A stretch of 64,000 nucleotides of DNA from Escherichia phage EP01, in sequence record OM135583.1. One strand, given 5' to 3'. The translations under genes were made by a program, and so were the position numbers. Shown piece after piece: positions 19,109 to 27,831 of this stretch (its first letter is position 1; each line of letters opens with the position of its first letter). A model generated the notes under the pieces. It ran no database searches. It saw only the letters and a program-made list of their open reading frames with translations, and was not told the origin of the DNA.

Positions 19109-20077
19109 TTATTTCAGAAGAGTAACCTCAGCAATTTCTTCCCAACCGTTTTTGTCGGTCATAATAAAGTCAGCAAGATAAAGAGCAGTACGCAGTGAAA
19201 CATTTCGTAAACGATTAACATTAACTTTCATCCATGATAATGCTTTATAAGTTTCTTCATCAGAAAGACCGCGCTTTTGCATCATGTCAGTTGAAAGAAT
19301 AACATCTTCAACCCTGACCATAATTTCTTCATTAGTGTGAACACCCAAATCCAAATAAACTGAGCGGGACACTAATGCTTGTAAGTGTGGAGCAAGTTTA
19401 GTACCACGGTCTAATTCGCGGTCAATGTCAACGTTTGTGATAAAAACAATCGTTCCTTTAAATTCAAACTCACGGTCAATGCCTTTTTCTTCTAAGTAAG
19501 AAGATGCAGTGCTCCAGCAGACTTTACGGGTCTCTCCAGTGTCCAGAGCAGCTTTTAGAAGATTAAGAATGTCCATATCAGAGAAAACATCCACATCATC
19601 AATCAAAAGGACAGAATTCTCTTCACGATTATTCCAAAGCTGTTCATAAAGACCAATACCAGAGATTTTACCATTAATGCTTTTATATTCAATGTATCCA
19701 TTATCATTTGCTTTATTTAAAGCTTTATCTAAAGAATACGTTTTACCAATACCTGCTGCGCCAGAGATAATTAATGAACGAATATTTCCATTAATAATAC
19801 CATTCGTCATCATTCCCATAACATTAAATCTTTTATTAATGCGGGTTTTCATATCTTCATATGATTCTTTAACTTCTTCAACTTTTACACCATCATATGA
19901 AATATCTGATTTGTAAACCCAAACACCGCGACGTTTACCGTCAATTTCAACAAAAACTTTACCATCTCCTTGTGCATCTACCGGAGCATTATCTGGGAAC
20001 CATTCGCCTAAAAGCTCAAAAGTTCCAGAGATTTCTTTACCGAAGTAGATACCCTTATTGATAGTTACAGTTTTCAT
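19109..20077 (-). CDS. P-loop NTPase (AAA-like ATPase)
   Basis: Walker A SGAAGIGKT, Walker B VLLIDDVD; ATG at 20077 with GGAG SD (track start 20089 is TTG). Confidence 0.7.
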   Translation of the reverse strand: MKTVTINKGIYFGKEISGTFELLGEWFPDNAPVDAQGDGKVFVEIDGKRRGVWVYKSDISYDGVKVEEVKESYEDMKTRINKRFNVMGMMTNGIINGNIRSLIISGAAGIGKTYSLDKALNKANDNGYIEYKSINGKISGIGLYEQLWNNREENSVLLIDDVDVFSDMDILNLLKAALDTGETRKVCWSTASSYLEEKGIDREFEFKGTIVFITNVDIDRELDRGTKLAPHLQALVSRSVYLDLGVHTNEEIMVRVEDVILSTDMMQKRGLSDEETYKALSWMKVNVNRLRNVSLRTALYLADFIMTDKNGWEEIAEVTLLK

Positions 20078-20113
20078 TTTATTCTCCAAATCTGTATCAG
20101 TAGTTGATAGTTG

Positions 20114-20145
20114 TATAGTACCATAAAGCTTTATGCTTGTAAACC
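20114..20145 (-). promoter_or_regulatory. T4-type early promoter (cassette, directly downstream of hairpin terminator)
   Basis: GTTTAC (20144-20139), 18 bp, TACTAT (20120-20115); near-identical to 18672 and 35519 cassettes. Confidence 0.6.
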
Positions 20146-20163
20146 GTTTTGTGAAAAAATTTT

Positions 20164-20194
20164 AAAATAAAAAAGGGGACCTCTAGGGCCCCCC
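20164..20194 (-). terminator. Rho-independent terminator
   Basis: Minus strand GGGGGGCCC...GGTCCCC hairpin followed by TTTTTTATTTT; just downstream of stop of 20206..20691. Confidence 0.6.
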
Positions 20195-20205
20195 TTTGTG
20201 TTGAT

Positions 20206-20691
20206 TTATTCCATTTCTACTATATGCATGTTCTTTTTGCTATCAAAATATATGTTTTTAACTATTAACTCAGAATTAATTGGCAGTAAAAACTCTCTTT
20301 CATAATCTACCATACAAAGATTATCATAAAGCTTGTTAAGCTTATCATCGTCAGTTTGGCCAGATTCTTCAATTGCGATTAAATTTTCTAAAATGTCAAT
20401 CATAGCAGTCGAATAGTCAAAAACGTTTGCATTTTTTAACACTACTAAAACATTAGTCATATAGCGTTCTGCAGCAAACGTTTCAGCTATATGAGACTCA
20501 CTGCTAAAGGAAGTTATTCTTTTAAATTTGATTCTCCTATTAACTTCAAACTTATAAGATAGCACTTCCTCTATTGTAAGTCCTCTAAAAAGTATGTCTT
20601 TAATCTCAAGTTTGTCTTTAATGTAATCATTAACACGCTTATGATTAAAATCATTAATTTTGTTGCCAAGGCATTGCATTAAAATATGCAT
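20206..20691 (-). CDS. Hypothetical protein
   Basis: 161-aa ORF flanked by hairpin terminators and early promoter. Confidence 0.6.
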   Translation of the reverse strand: MHILMQCLGNKINDFNHKRVNDYIKDKLEIKDILFRGLTIEEVLSYKFEVNRRIKFKRITSFSSESHIAETFAAERYMTNVLVVLKNANVFDYSTAMIDILENLIAIEESGQTDDDKLNKLYDNLCMVDYEREFLLPINSELIVKNIYFDSKKNMHIVEME

Positions 20692-20736
20692 TGTATTCTC
20701 CTCAATTTTTAAAGAGCAATTAATTAACTACACATA

Positions 20737-20768
20737 TATTATAATATGCTTTGCGACAGAAGTAAACA
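20737..20768 (-). promoter_or_regulatory. T4-type early promoter
   Basis: GTTTAC (20767-20762), 18 bp, TATAAT (20743-20738). Confidence 0.55.
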
Positions 20769-20789
20769 ACTTTGTGACGTCATTTTAAA

Positions 20790-20814
20790 CAAAAAAGGGA
20801 GCCCGAAGGCTCCC
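20790..20814 (-). terminator. Rho-independent terminator
   Basis: Minus strand GGGAGCC-TTCG-GGCTCCC followed by TTTTTT; directly after stop of nucleotidyltransferase-like gene. Confidence 0.65.
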
Positions 20815-20816
20815 TA

Positions 20817-21830
20817 TCATTTATAATAACTTCGATGGTTTTCAAGATACACCCTCTCAAGGAAGTCATCCCAGAAACCCATGTCTACTTTTTGCTGCAT
20901 ACCGTTCTTAGAAGCTTCAATTGATGCTGCTTCTACTTGATCGACCACATCTTCCAAAAACTCTTGAACCGTTTTAAATGGATGTTTACCCAACTTCACG
21001 TCGAGAATAAATGGAGCATCTTGGAGTGGATAGACTAAGTCACCAGTTTTGTAAATTTCCAATAGTTGGAGTCCACCGCGGCAAGCATGACTCAGTGCTT
21101 TCCAGTCAATGCCCTCATTCGCTTCAGCTTTACGAGCACGTTCGCCGTATTCAGCATCAAGTTTATTCAAAGACTGCTTAAGCTCAATAAGAGAAAGAGT
21201 TGTCTGATATTTACGACCCAACACAGTATAGAACATTTGTGGGCCTGTTTTCTCATGATTATGGAACACCCATTCACAGAATTCGTTTTCTGGAAGACGA
21301 TGTTTAATATCTTCTACACGAGTACGACGTTGCTTAGTCGAACCATCTTCTCGGTAATCAACCCACTGATCGGGGATTTGATTAACTACTTTCAATACAT
21401 CACGTAATGCAGCCAAACGAGAACCCTTAACACCATATTTAGAAGCTTGCTTGCGGACATATCCTAAATAGGATTTCATGTTAGTCGTATAAAAACGAGA
21501 ACGATTGTCTTGAATAAACTTCCATACATCAGGCAAATCAGATTTAACCACTAGCTCAGGTGGAGTGTGAAGCATATCCAATGCTACAGTTTCACCATCT
21601 GCTGCTAATTTAAAGAAATACTTAAGACTGTATAGTTCATGGTCAATATCATCTTTAGTGTTTTTAGATGATGTGTTGTTAGTGTTTTTACTCATATGCT
21701 CTTTAACATTTCCGATAAGAATATCACGAGCAGGAGGAACAAAGATTTCTTTAAAATCTACATCAGATTCTGGAGTAGAAGTTCCATAAAGATGACTACC
21801 AAAATAGCTTTTCATTACTGTTTTCATCAT
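20817..21830 (-). CDS. Pol-beta-superfamily nucleotidyltransferase-like protein
   Basis: 337 aa; N-terminal GS-x10-DVD motif (YFGSHLYGTSTPESDVDF) typical of minimal nucleotidyltransferases. Confidence 0.6.
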   Translation of the reverse strand: MMKTVMKSYFGSHLYGTSTPESDVDFKEIFVPPARDILIGNVKEHMSKNTNNTSSKNTKDDIDHELYSLKYFFKLAADGETVALDMLHTPPELVVKSDLPDVWKFIQDNRSRFYTTNMKSYLGYVRKQASKYGVKGSRLAALRDVLKVVNQIPDQWVDYREDGSTKQRRTRVEDIKHRLPENEFCEWVFHNHEKTGPQMFYTVLGRKYQTTLSLIELKQSLNKLDAEYGERARKAEANEGIDWKALSHACRGGLQLLEIYKTGDLVYPLQDAPFILDVKLGKHPFKTVQEFLEDVVDQVEAASIEASKNGMQQKVDMGFWDDFLERVYLENHRSYYK

Positions 21831-22288
21831 TCAGCCTTATATTCAATAACAGGACATACTTTAGCTTTACGAGCTTTTAAAAATTCGACGATAATAGATT
21901 TCTTGGGTTTAATAGGAGGTAAACCTTTATACGCCCTATCAATATTTTCTACATGTAAAGCATAATCCTTTTTCCATTTATAATCTTTATATTTTTCATG
22001 TAGTTGTGCAGGAATAACAAATGAACCAATAATAAGTAAAACAAGCAAAATGGCAAGTATAAATGCTGATGGAATAAGAGTCCATAAACTACCAAAAATA
22101 AGCCATTTCTGCATGATTTCTGCGCAGATGATAGTTAGACCTGCGAGTATAGTACATCCGAAAAAAGAAACGAAAAATGTAGGAATAACAATAGACCAAA
22201 AATATGCACACAGTGTCTTAGGTCGTTTCCATTCATCATTAAACATTTTGAATAATTTATAGTGCCAAGAGCTTTCATTAATAATCAT
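21827..22288 (-). CDS. Membrane protein
   Basis: 153 aa with at least two hydrophobic helices. Confidence 0.6.
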   Translation of the reverse strand: MIINESSWHYKLFKMFNDEWKRPKTLCAYFWSIVIPTFFVSFFGCTILAGLTIICAEIMQKWLIFGSLWTLIPSAFILAILLVLLIIGSFVIPAQLHEKYKDYKWKKDYALHVENIDRAYKGLPPIKPKKSIIVEFLKARKAKVCPVIEYKAE

Positions 22289-22290
22289 AA

Positions 22291-22812
22291 TTATCCTTTC
22301 ATTGAAGGTGTAACAGTTGTTAAATACTTAATCATAGCTTCAGCTTCTGATTTTGATAATGAAATTTCTCCATTGTTTTGACGAATAGAAATAAAATCCG
22401 GATGACGGTCACCACCAGCTTTTAAAACACACATATAAGTATCAGTTTCATCTTCAATATCTGAAATGATTGAAGCAGTTCCGCATGAATGTGGTTTTTG
22501 ATAAATCAATACAGCTTTTCTTCCGCCATTTGACTGTTCATAAACTTTTAACACATCAAACAAATCACTTCTTTTATCAATAGCTAAAATGTTATTTTCA
22601 TCTTCAATGTTAAATCCTTCGGATACTTCATAAAGTGTCACCCATAAATCACCGATGTCAATAACAGCATTTACTTTTCCATGACTTTCAAGAGCACGGC
22701 AAATTTTCTTGATTTCGTCATAACTCATTTTAATAATATCATCTCCTTGAATAAGGAAGATGTCATTTTTAAATTCAACACGAATTAAACCGCTTTCACT
22801 TGAAATAAACAT
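22291..22812 (-). CDS. Hypothetical protein (tandem paralog A)
   Basis: 173 aa; C-terminus SKSEAEAMIKYLTTVTPSM similar to next gene. Confidence 0.6.
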   Translation of the reverse strand: MFISSESGLIRVEFKNDIFLIQGDDIIKMSYDEIKKICRALESHGKVNAVIDIGDLWVTLYEVSEGFNIEDENNILAIDKRSDLFDVLKVYEQSNGGRKAVLIYQKPHSCGTASIISDIEDETDTYMCVLKAGGDRHPDFISIRQNNGEISLSKSEAEAMIKYLTTVTPSMKG

Positions 22813-22818
22813 ATTTCC

Positions 22819-23376
22819 TCACTTTGAAATCATAGTTGGAATGACAGAATCAAGATAAGTCTTTAGCGCAATAGCTTCGTCTTTGGTAAATGTGACAATA
22901 TGTGATCGAAAATCGTCAATTTGACGAATAGTTAAGACATCTCCTTCTTCATAACATTTTGATACATTTAAAACAGTTTCATCATTCTGATTGCAAGCGT
23001 TAGTAATAATAGCATTGCAATTTTTGAGCCATTTTAAACTATGTTTTCTTTCATTAGAATAATAAAAATATTTAATCTTATCTATAAAACTATCCCAATG
23101 GATAACTGATAAGCATATTGACTCGCTTTCAATATTAAATCCTGGGCATGAAGAATAAAAATGAATTTTATGCTCATCATTAATGCTTACAATTTTATCA
23201 GTATAAGGATTTTCAATTTGGGTTAAATGAATGATTTCACTAGGCGTAAAATATAGCATATCGTCTTCTTGCGTCAAACGATACATATTATTTACTTTTT
23301 CTATAGCCAATTCACCAAAAAGTGAACTAACTTCTAATACTAATCGTTTCATATTGATTCTCTTCGACTCACTCAC
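22819..23376 (-). CDS. Hypothetical protein (tandem paralog B)
   Basis: 185 aa; C-terminus TKDEAIALKTYLDSVIPTM. Confidence 0.6.
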   Translation of the reverse strand: MSESKRINMKRLVLEVSSLFGELAIEKVNNMYRLTQEDDMLYFTPSEIIHLTQIENPYTDKIVSINDEHKIHFYSSCPGFNIESESICLSVIHWDSFIDKIKYFYYSNERKHSLKWLKNCNAIITNACNQNDETVLNVSKCYEEGDVLTIRQIDDFRSHIVTFTKDEAIALKTYLDSVIPTMISK

Positions 23377-23510
23377 AATTACATACTCCTTTGAATAATA
23401 TCAATAATGTTGTTCACCAGATTATAAGTAAACATTGGGTAATTATATTGAATCATCACATACACAACAAACAAAACTTTCATTCTCTTCTCCTTGGCAG
23501 TTGACAAGAT

Positions 23511-23542
23511 TACTATATCATAACCTTGCCAACTTGTAAACC
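23511..23542 (-). promoter_or_regulatory. T4-type early promoter
   Basis: GTTTAC (23541-23536), 18 bp, TATAGT (23517-23512). Confidence 0.5.
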
Positions 23543-23706
23543 ATTAAATGACGTTTTCAATAAAATTCTGAAGCTTTGTGTGAGCATCAATCATGATTTT
23601 CATTTCTTCCTTTGCGAAAGCTGTACCTCTTTCACGAGAAGAATACTCATAATCAGAAACTGCATTAGCATATTCTTCAATTAGCTTCATTAAAAACATC
23701 TGCTTT

Positions 23707-23901
23707 TCAGTTTTCATTATTCCACCTAATCATTTCAAGATATTGAACTAACTTAGCTTTGGATTTATCCAAATCCTTTTTAGCCGCTTCTATACCATCG
23801 TATGAATATCCTTCACAATGCTCAACTGCCAATTGGTATGAATCTATTTCAATATCACGTGCTAATTTAATGATTTTTTCAAACTGTTCACGTGTTAGCA
23901 T
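23707..23901 (-). CDS. Hypothetical protein
   Basis: 64-aa ORF. Confidence 0.5.
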   Translation of the reverse strand: MLTREQFEKIIKLARDIEIDSYQLAVEHCEGYSYDGIEAAKKDLDKSKAKLVQYLEMIRWNNEN

Positions 23902-23903
23902 AC

Positions 23904-24107
23904 TTAAACTCTCGTATTGTGATCGATAATTTCATCAAGAAACATATCTAAAGCTTCTACAGCATTATCAACTTTAGCTTCAAGTTCTTCAGCGCCTTTA
24001 TTTGCAATGCCTGCCGAAAACCAAGCAAAGTCACTAAGTTCCTCGTCTGCTTTGCGAATTAAAGCTACCAATTCTTTAATTTTATCTGCTTGTTCTATAC
24101 TAAGCAT
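23904..24107 (-). CDS. Hypothetical protein
   Basis: Track ORF 23904..24143 trimmed to internal Met. Confidence 0.5.
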   Translation of the reverse strand: MLSIEQADKIKELVALIRKADEELSDFAWFSAGIANKGAEELEAKVDNAVEALDMFLDEIIDHNTRV

Positions 24108-24295
24108 TATTCCACCACATATGAAAGAGAGAACATTGCACACGCCATATGAGTTGCAGCTTCATCACACATATCATAACGTTTCTTAAGAAGTTCTACA
24201 AGCTCTTCACTGGTAACTTCATCCATGTCGACGAAAAAATCACCATTAATGATGACGTAGATATTTCCTTCTTGATTAAGTGCTTCAATTTTCAT
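24107..24295 (-). CDS. Hypothetical protein
   Basis: ATG at 24295 with GAGGAGAA SD just downstream of early promoter (track start further upstream). Confidence 0.55.
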   Translation of the reverse strand: MKIEALNQEGNIYVIINGDFFVDMDEVTSEELVELLKKRYDMCDEAATHMACAMFSLSYVVE

Positions 24296-24312
24296 GATGT
24301 TCTCCTCTTTAT

Positions 24313-24344
24313 CCGATGGTTGTATAGTATCACAGCTCAAATGG
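24313..24344 (-). promoter_or_regulatory. T4-type early promoter
   Basis: GTTTAC (24343-24338), 18 bp, TACTAT (24319-24314); SD and ATG 24295. Confidence 0.55.
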
Positions 24345-24363
24345 AAAGTAAACCGGTAAAATG

Positions 24364-24385
24364 AAAAAAGTCTCCCGAAGGAGAC
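24364..24385 (-). terminator. Rho-independent terminator
   Basis: Minus strand GTCTCC-TTCG-GGAGAC followed by TTTTTT. Confidence 0.6.
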
Positions 24386-24390
24386 TAATG

Positions 24391-24777
24391 TTATTCGAGG
24401 GAAAGAAGATACTTACTTTGATAAAACATTCCAGTAATATCATCTATCGTGCTTTGAATGGCTGGAGGCATTTCTTTGTAAATGCTGTTAGATTGGTCTA
24501 GTATACGATCAATCATTTTAATTGTGTCGGTAGGAAGTTTACTAGCATCTGGAATTGAAGGTGTGTATTTTCTACCAGAATACCCCAAATATTGCTCACC
24601 AAATTTATCAATCAAATCTGGCAACTCGGAGAAAATAAAATCGTATGCTTTGTGTCTAGCATAACTTTTAGTTTCAAAATGTGCAGAATGAAAATAAGCT
24701 TGTGCAGCCATTAATAAACCTAAGTATTCATCTGCCTTTGAAGGTTTTCCACTTTGTGAAAAGTCGCTGAATTTCAT
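24391..24777 (-). CDS. Hypothetical protein
   Basis: 128-aa ORF followed by hairpin terminator. Confidence 0.6.
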   Translation of the reverse strand: MKFSDFSQSGKPSKADEYLGLLMAAQAYFHSAHFETKSYARHKAYDFIFSELPDLIDKFGEQYLGYSGRKYTPSIPDASKLPTDTIKMIDRILDQSNSIYKEMPPAIQSTIDDITGMFYQSKYLLSLE

Positions 24778-25067
24778 TCAGTCTCCAATTTAATGTTCAT
24801 AATTCTAGCGTATGATTGTGCCATCTCCGCGCCTCGCTCTATACATTCAAAATCGGAAGAGCACGGGTCATTTTTATAGGTCGTTCGCATAAAACTATAG
24901 AACTGTTCAGATGATTCTACGCTTTTATTTTCAAAAAGCATATAAACGTGTCTAATACCAGATTCCATAAATTTATCAAAATGAGGATCGACATTCGCTT
25001 CAATCGATGGAGATAAAACAAATGACAATCCTAGCATGGCAAAAAGTGCCGTTGCTTTTAAGGCCAT
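24774..25067 (-). CDS. Secreted/periplasmic protein (signal peptide)
   Basis: 97 aa; N-terminal MALKATALFAMLGLSFVLSPSIEA signal-like sequence, Cys pair. Confidence 0.6.
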   Translation of the reverse strand: MALKATALFAMLGLSFVLSPSIEANVDPHFDKFMESGIRHVYMLFENKSVESSEQFYSFMRTTYKNDPCSSDFECIERGAEMAQSYARIMNIKLETE

Positions 25068-25079
25068 AAAGGCCTCCTA

Positions 25080-25292
25080 TCATTTTTGTCCTGTATTTAC
25101 TTTGTGCCGGTGCACGGCCTTAACTTTATCAAGGTATTTTTCAAAATTTCGCAATCTAGTATAGTCTGCCGGAGATTGGTTGAGCGATACTTCTCGACGC
25201 AAAGCTGAAATGATATTTCCAACTTCCCTACGAATTTCATCTAATTGAAGCACAGTAAGATTGCGAAGTTGCTTTTCAGTTAATTGTAGCAT
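25080..25292 (-). CDS. Hypothetical protein
   Basis: 70-aa ORF. Confidence 0.5.
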
Positions 25293-25334
25293 ATATACCC
25301 CTTTAGTTAGATAAACCTATTTATAACTTTTGTA

Positions 25335-25916
25335 CTAACCAAGCTTTTTAGTTAATTCATTCCAATGTTTTCTACACAAAGAAACATAAATTTCATCACC
25401 AATACAGATTTGATCACCTTCTTTAACTGGTGTTCCATCTTCCATTAATCGAGCTGTCATAATCGCTTTTTTACCGCAATGACAAACTGCCTTCAGTTCA
25501 ATAAGTTTATCTGCAATCGCCAAAAGTTCTTTAGAACCTTCAAATAATTTTCCGGCGAAATCAGTCCTTAGACCATAAGCCATAACAGGAACATTATATG
25601 TATCGACAATTCGGCTTAATTGATGCACCTGTTCAGTTTTTAAAAACTGTGCTTCATCTACAAATACACAATGAATATCTTTTTGTGCTTCAGCCCATTT
25701 ATAGAACTCAAAAATATCCATATCATCTGTAATAATATTCGCTTCCTGTTTAATTCCAATGCGAGAAACGACTTCACAGACAGAATCGCGAGTATCAATA
25801 GCAGGCTTAAGAACTAATACACTCATTCCACGTTCTTTATAATTATGCGCAGCAGTCAAAAGAGAAGCAGATTTTCCAGCATTCATTGCTGCATAAGTAA
25901 AAATTAAACTCGCCAT
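25335..25916 (-). CDS. tk: Thymidine kinase
   Basis: 193 aa (T4 Tk length); P-loop AAMNAGKS; zinc site CHCG...C. Confidence 0.92.
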   Translation of the reverse strand: MASLIFTYAAMNAGKSASLLTAAHNYKERGMSVLVLKPAIDTRDSVCEVVSRIGIKQEANIITDDMDIFEFYKWAEAQKDIHCVFVDEAQFLKTEQVHQLSRIVDTYNVPVMAYGLRTDFAGKLFEGSKELLAIADKLIELKAVCHCGKKAIMTARLMEDGTPVKEGDQICIGDEIYVSLCRKHWNELTKKLG

Positions 25917-25917
25917 C

Positions 25918-26106
25918 TTAGTCCTTAGTTAAATTTTCTAAATATGTTTCTAAATCATTTTCAGCTTTATCGATAGATTTTACTAATTCGTAGTATGTTT
26001 CAGCATCTCCATAATCCGAAGCCAATTCAAAAGATAAATCTCGTTCTAAACTAATAATTTCGCTGATTAAAAATCGTATTTCATTCTTTTGTTCGCGAGT
26101 AATCAT
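25918..26106 (-). CDS. Hypothetical protein
   Basis: 62-aa ORF downstream of tk. Confidence 0.5.
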   Translation of the reverse strand: MITREQKNEIRFLISEIISLERDLSFELASDYGDAETYYELVKSIDKAENDLETYLENLTKD

Positions 26107-26309
26107 AAGGAATTTATATAATCAATAAGTTCTTGTTCTTTATCGTCGAAATCTTTACACAGTTCTTCGTATTCGTCGGTATTAAAAGGACCGCATTCAT
26201 CGCAAACTTTTTCCAATTCACTATTTTTATCAATAACTTCGTGAATAAGAGAAAACAGTCTGTCTTTTTGTTCTTTACTTAAACTCATAACCATGTAACC
26301 TTTAAGCAA
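26103..26309 (-). CDS. Hypothetical protein
   Basis: 68-aa acidic ORF. Confidence 0.5.
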   Translation of the reverse strand: MLKGYMVMSLSKEQKDRLFSLIHEVIDKNSELEKVCDECGPFNTDEYEELCKDFDDKEQELIDYINSL

Positions 26310-26497
26310 TATTCTTCTACATGTTGTTTACGACCTTTCCTATCAATAAAGGTATATTCAACGAATGTTCCAATATAGTCTTTATCTACATCATGTGGAC
26401 TATTAATTGGGCATTTAGTACGGCAAATGCGTTCCCATTGACGAATAATTTCCGCTTTATTTTTAGGGTCAAACGGATGCGGGTAATGTGCTTTCAT
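26285..26497 (-). CDS. Hypothetical protein
   Basis: 70-aa ORF. Confidence 0.5.
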   Translation of the reverse strand: MKAHYPHPFDPKNKAEIIRQWERICRTKCPINSPHDVDKDYIGTFVEYTFIDRKGRKQHVEEYCLKVTWL

Positions 26498-26948
26498 AAT
26501 CCACCACTATTAAATCAATATCAGGAGTAAACATGTCGATTAATTTAGAAACCTTATCCCAATCGCCTCCAGCAATACCGCAACCTATGCGTGGAATGTA
26601 AATTACTGGTTTAAACAAAAGGGTTTCTGCCTGTAAATTTAATTCTATCATGCAATTTACTAAAGCACCATAATCAAGATTAGGACCCGGTTCGTATTGC
26701 GTATACAGATTATAGCATATACCAAATCCCGTAGGACTATGCTTAAAAACAATAGACATATCGCCTAATTTATCACGAGAACCGTATTCGGTAGTGGTTT
26801 TATCTATTTCTAAAATTTTGGGATAGGCTCTTGCTAATTGACCCGCTACGCCAGAGCCCATTGTGTGGAAGCAGTTGCACCCATGCGCAATAATATTACC
26901 TTGAAGAAATAGGGCGACAATATCGCCCTTGATATATTTTACAATCAT
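26469..26948 (-). CDS. Macro-domain protein (Poa1p-like, Macro_2 type)
   Basis: 159 aa; HGCNCFHTMGSGVAGQLARAYP matches the HxCNC...GxG(I/V)A signature of Poa1p-like ADP-ribose-processing macro domains. Confidence 0.7.
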   Translation of the reverse strand: MIVKYIKGDIVALFLQGNIIAHGCNCFHTMGSGVAGQLARAYPKILEIDKTTTEYGSRDKLGDMSIVFKHSPTGFGICYNLYTQYEPGPNLDYGALVNCMIELNLQAETLLFKPVIYIPRIGCGIAGGDWDKVSKLIDMFTPDIDLIVVDYESTLPASV

Positions 26949-27286
26949 CTAGTACTCAATCCTCGATTATAAGAATCTACCAAACGGTCAACCATTGAAT
27001 GACAAGCGGCTTTATCTTTCTCCTCCGCAACTGAACATTCTAAGGTATTCCACTTTTTAGCATATCGTTTTAATAAAGTATCATTTTTGTATCTGCTTGA
27101 TTTATCTCTTTCTCCGTCTTTATATGCATATATTAATTTCTGCGCAAATTCAGCTTGGCATGCTTTATTTTTCCCGCAATAATCCGCGGCAGTACGGTTT
27201 ACATACTCTCTAACTTCAGAATATGATATATCTGCTAACGCAGAAAATGAAATTAATCCTACACATAAAACCAAAATTTTAGTCAT
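26945..27286 (-). CDS. Secreted protein (signal peptide)
   Basis: 113 aa; MTKILVLCVGLISFSALA signal-like N-terminus. Confidence 0.6.
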   Translation of the reverse strand: MTKILVLCVGLISFSALADISYSEVREYVNRTAADYCGKNKACQAEFAQKLIYAYKDGERDKSSRYKNDTLLKRYAKKWNTLECSVAEEKDKAACHSMVDRLVDSYNRGLSTR

Positions 27287-27824
27287 TTACTATTTCCAGT
27301 AGTTTATTATTTTTAAGGTAGTTAGCCTTTTCTAGGACTTCAGAAGCATATTTAGAACCTGCTTTAACATTCCATCCCGAATTATAAGAGGATATTGCCT
27401 TTCTTATATCGCCCTTATGTATATTTAACCAATAAGAAAGTTCAATGTACGCCCAGGAAGCTGAATTGGACCGTTTATTCAACATTCTTTTTATTTCGGC
27501 ATCGGTCATATTATAACCAAGTTCCTTAACTCTTGCTCGCATAGTCGGCAAATAATTTTGGAACATTCCATAGGCATGATGCTTTGGTTTAGATTTTAAA
27601 TTAACTCCGGCAGAGCTTTCTTGCCATAAAATAGCAGCCATTATATGACCTAATCCGCTCTTGTGGATATTTTTGTGTGTTTTATATTTTCCATCCTTAG
27701 AAAATTGTTCCCCGAATTGATACGCGTAACGCATGTTATCGAGTTGGACATTACTGAAAGTATGCTCGGAGCTATGTGCCATCATAGAAATGGCCAATAG
27801 ACCAGCGAGTAGTGCTTTTCTCAT
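27279..27824 (-). CDS. Lytic transglycosylase-like protein (SLT domain) with signal peptide
   Basis: 181 aa; signal-like N-terminus MRKALLAGLLAISMMAHS; AILWQESS catalytic-type motif. Confidence 0.65.
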   Translation of the reverse strand: MRKALLAGLLAISMMAHSSEHTFSNVQLDNMRYAYQFGEQFSKDGKYKTHKNIHKSGLGHIMAAILWQESSAGVNLKSKPKHHAYGMFQNYLPTMRARVKELGYNMTDAEIKRMLNKRSNSASWAYIELSYWLNIHKGDIRKAISSYNSGWNVKAGSKYASEVLEKANYLKNNKLLEIVND

Positions 27825-27831
27825 GCTTACC

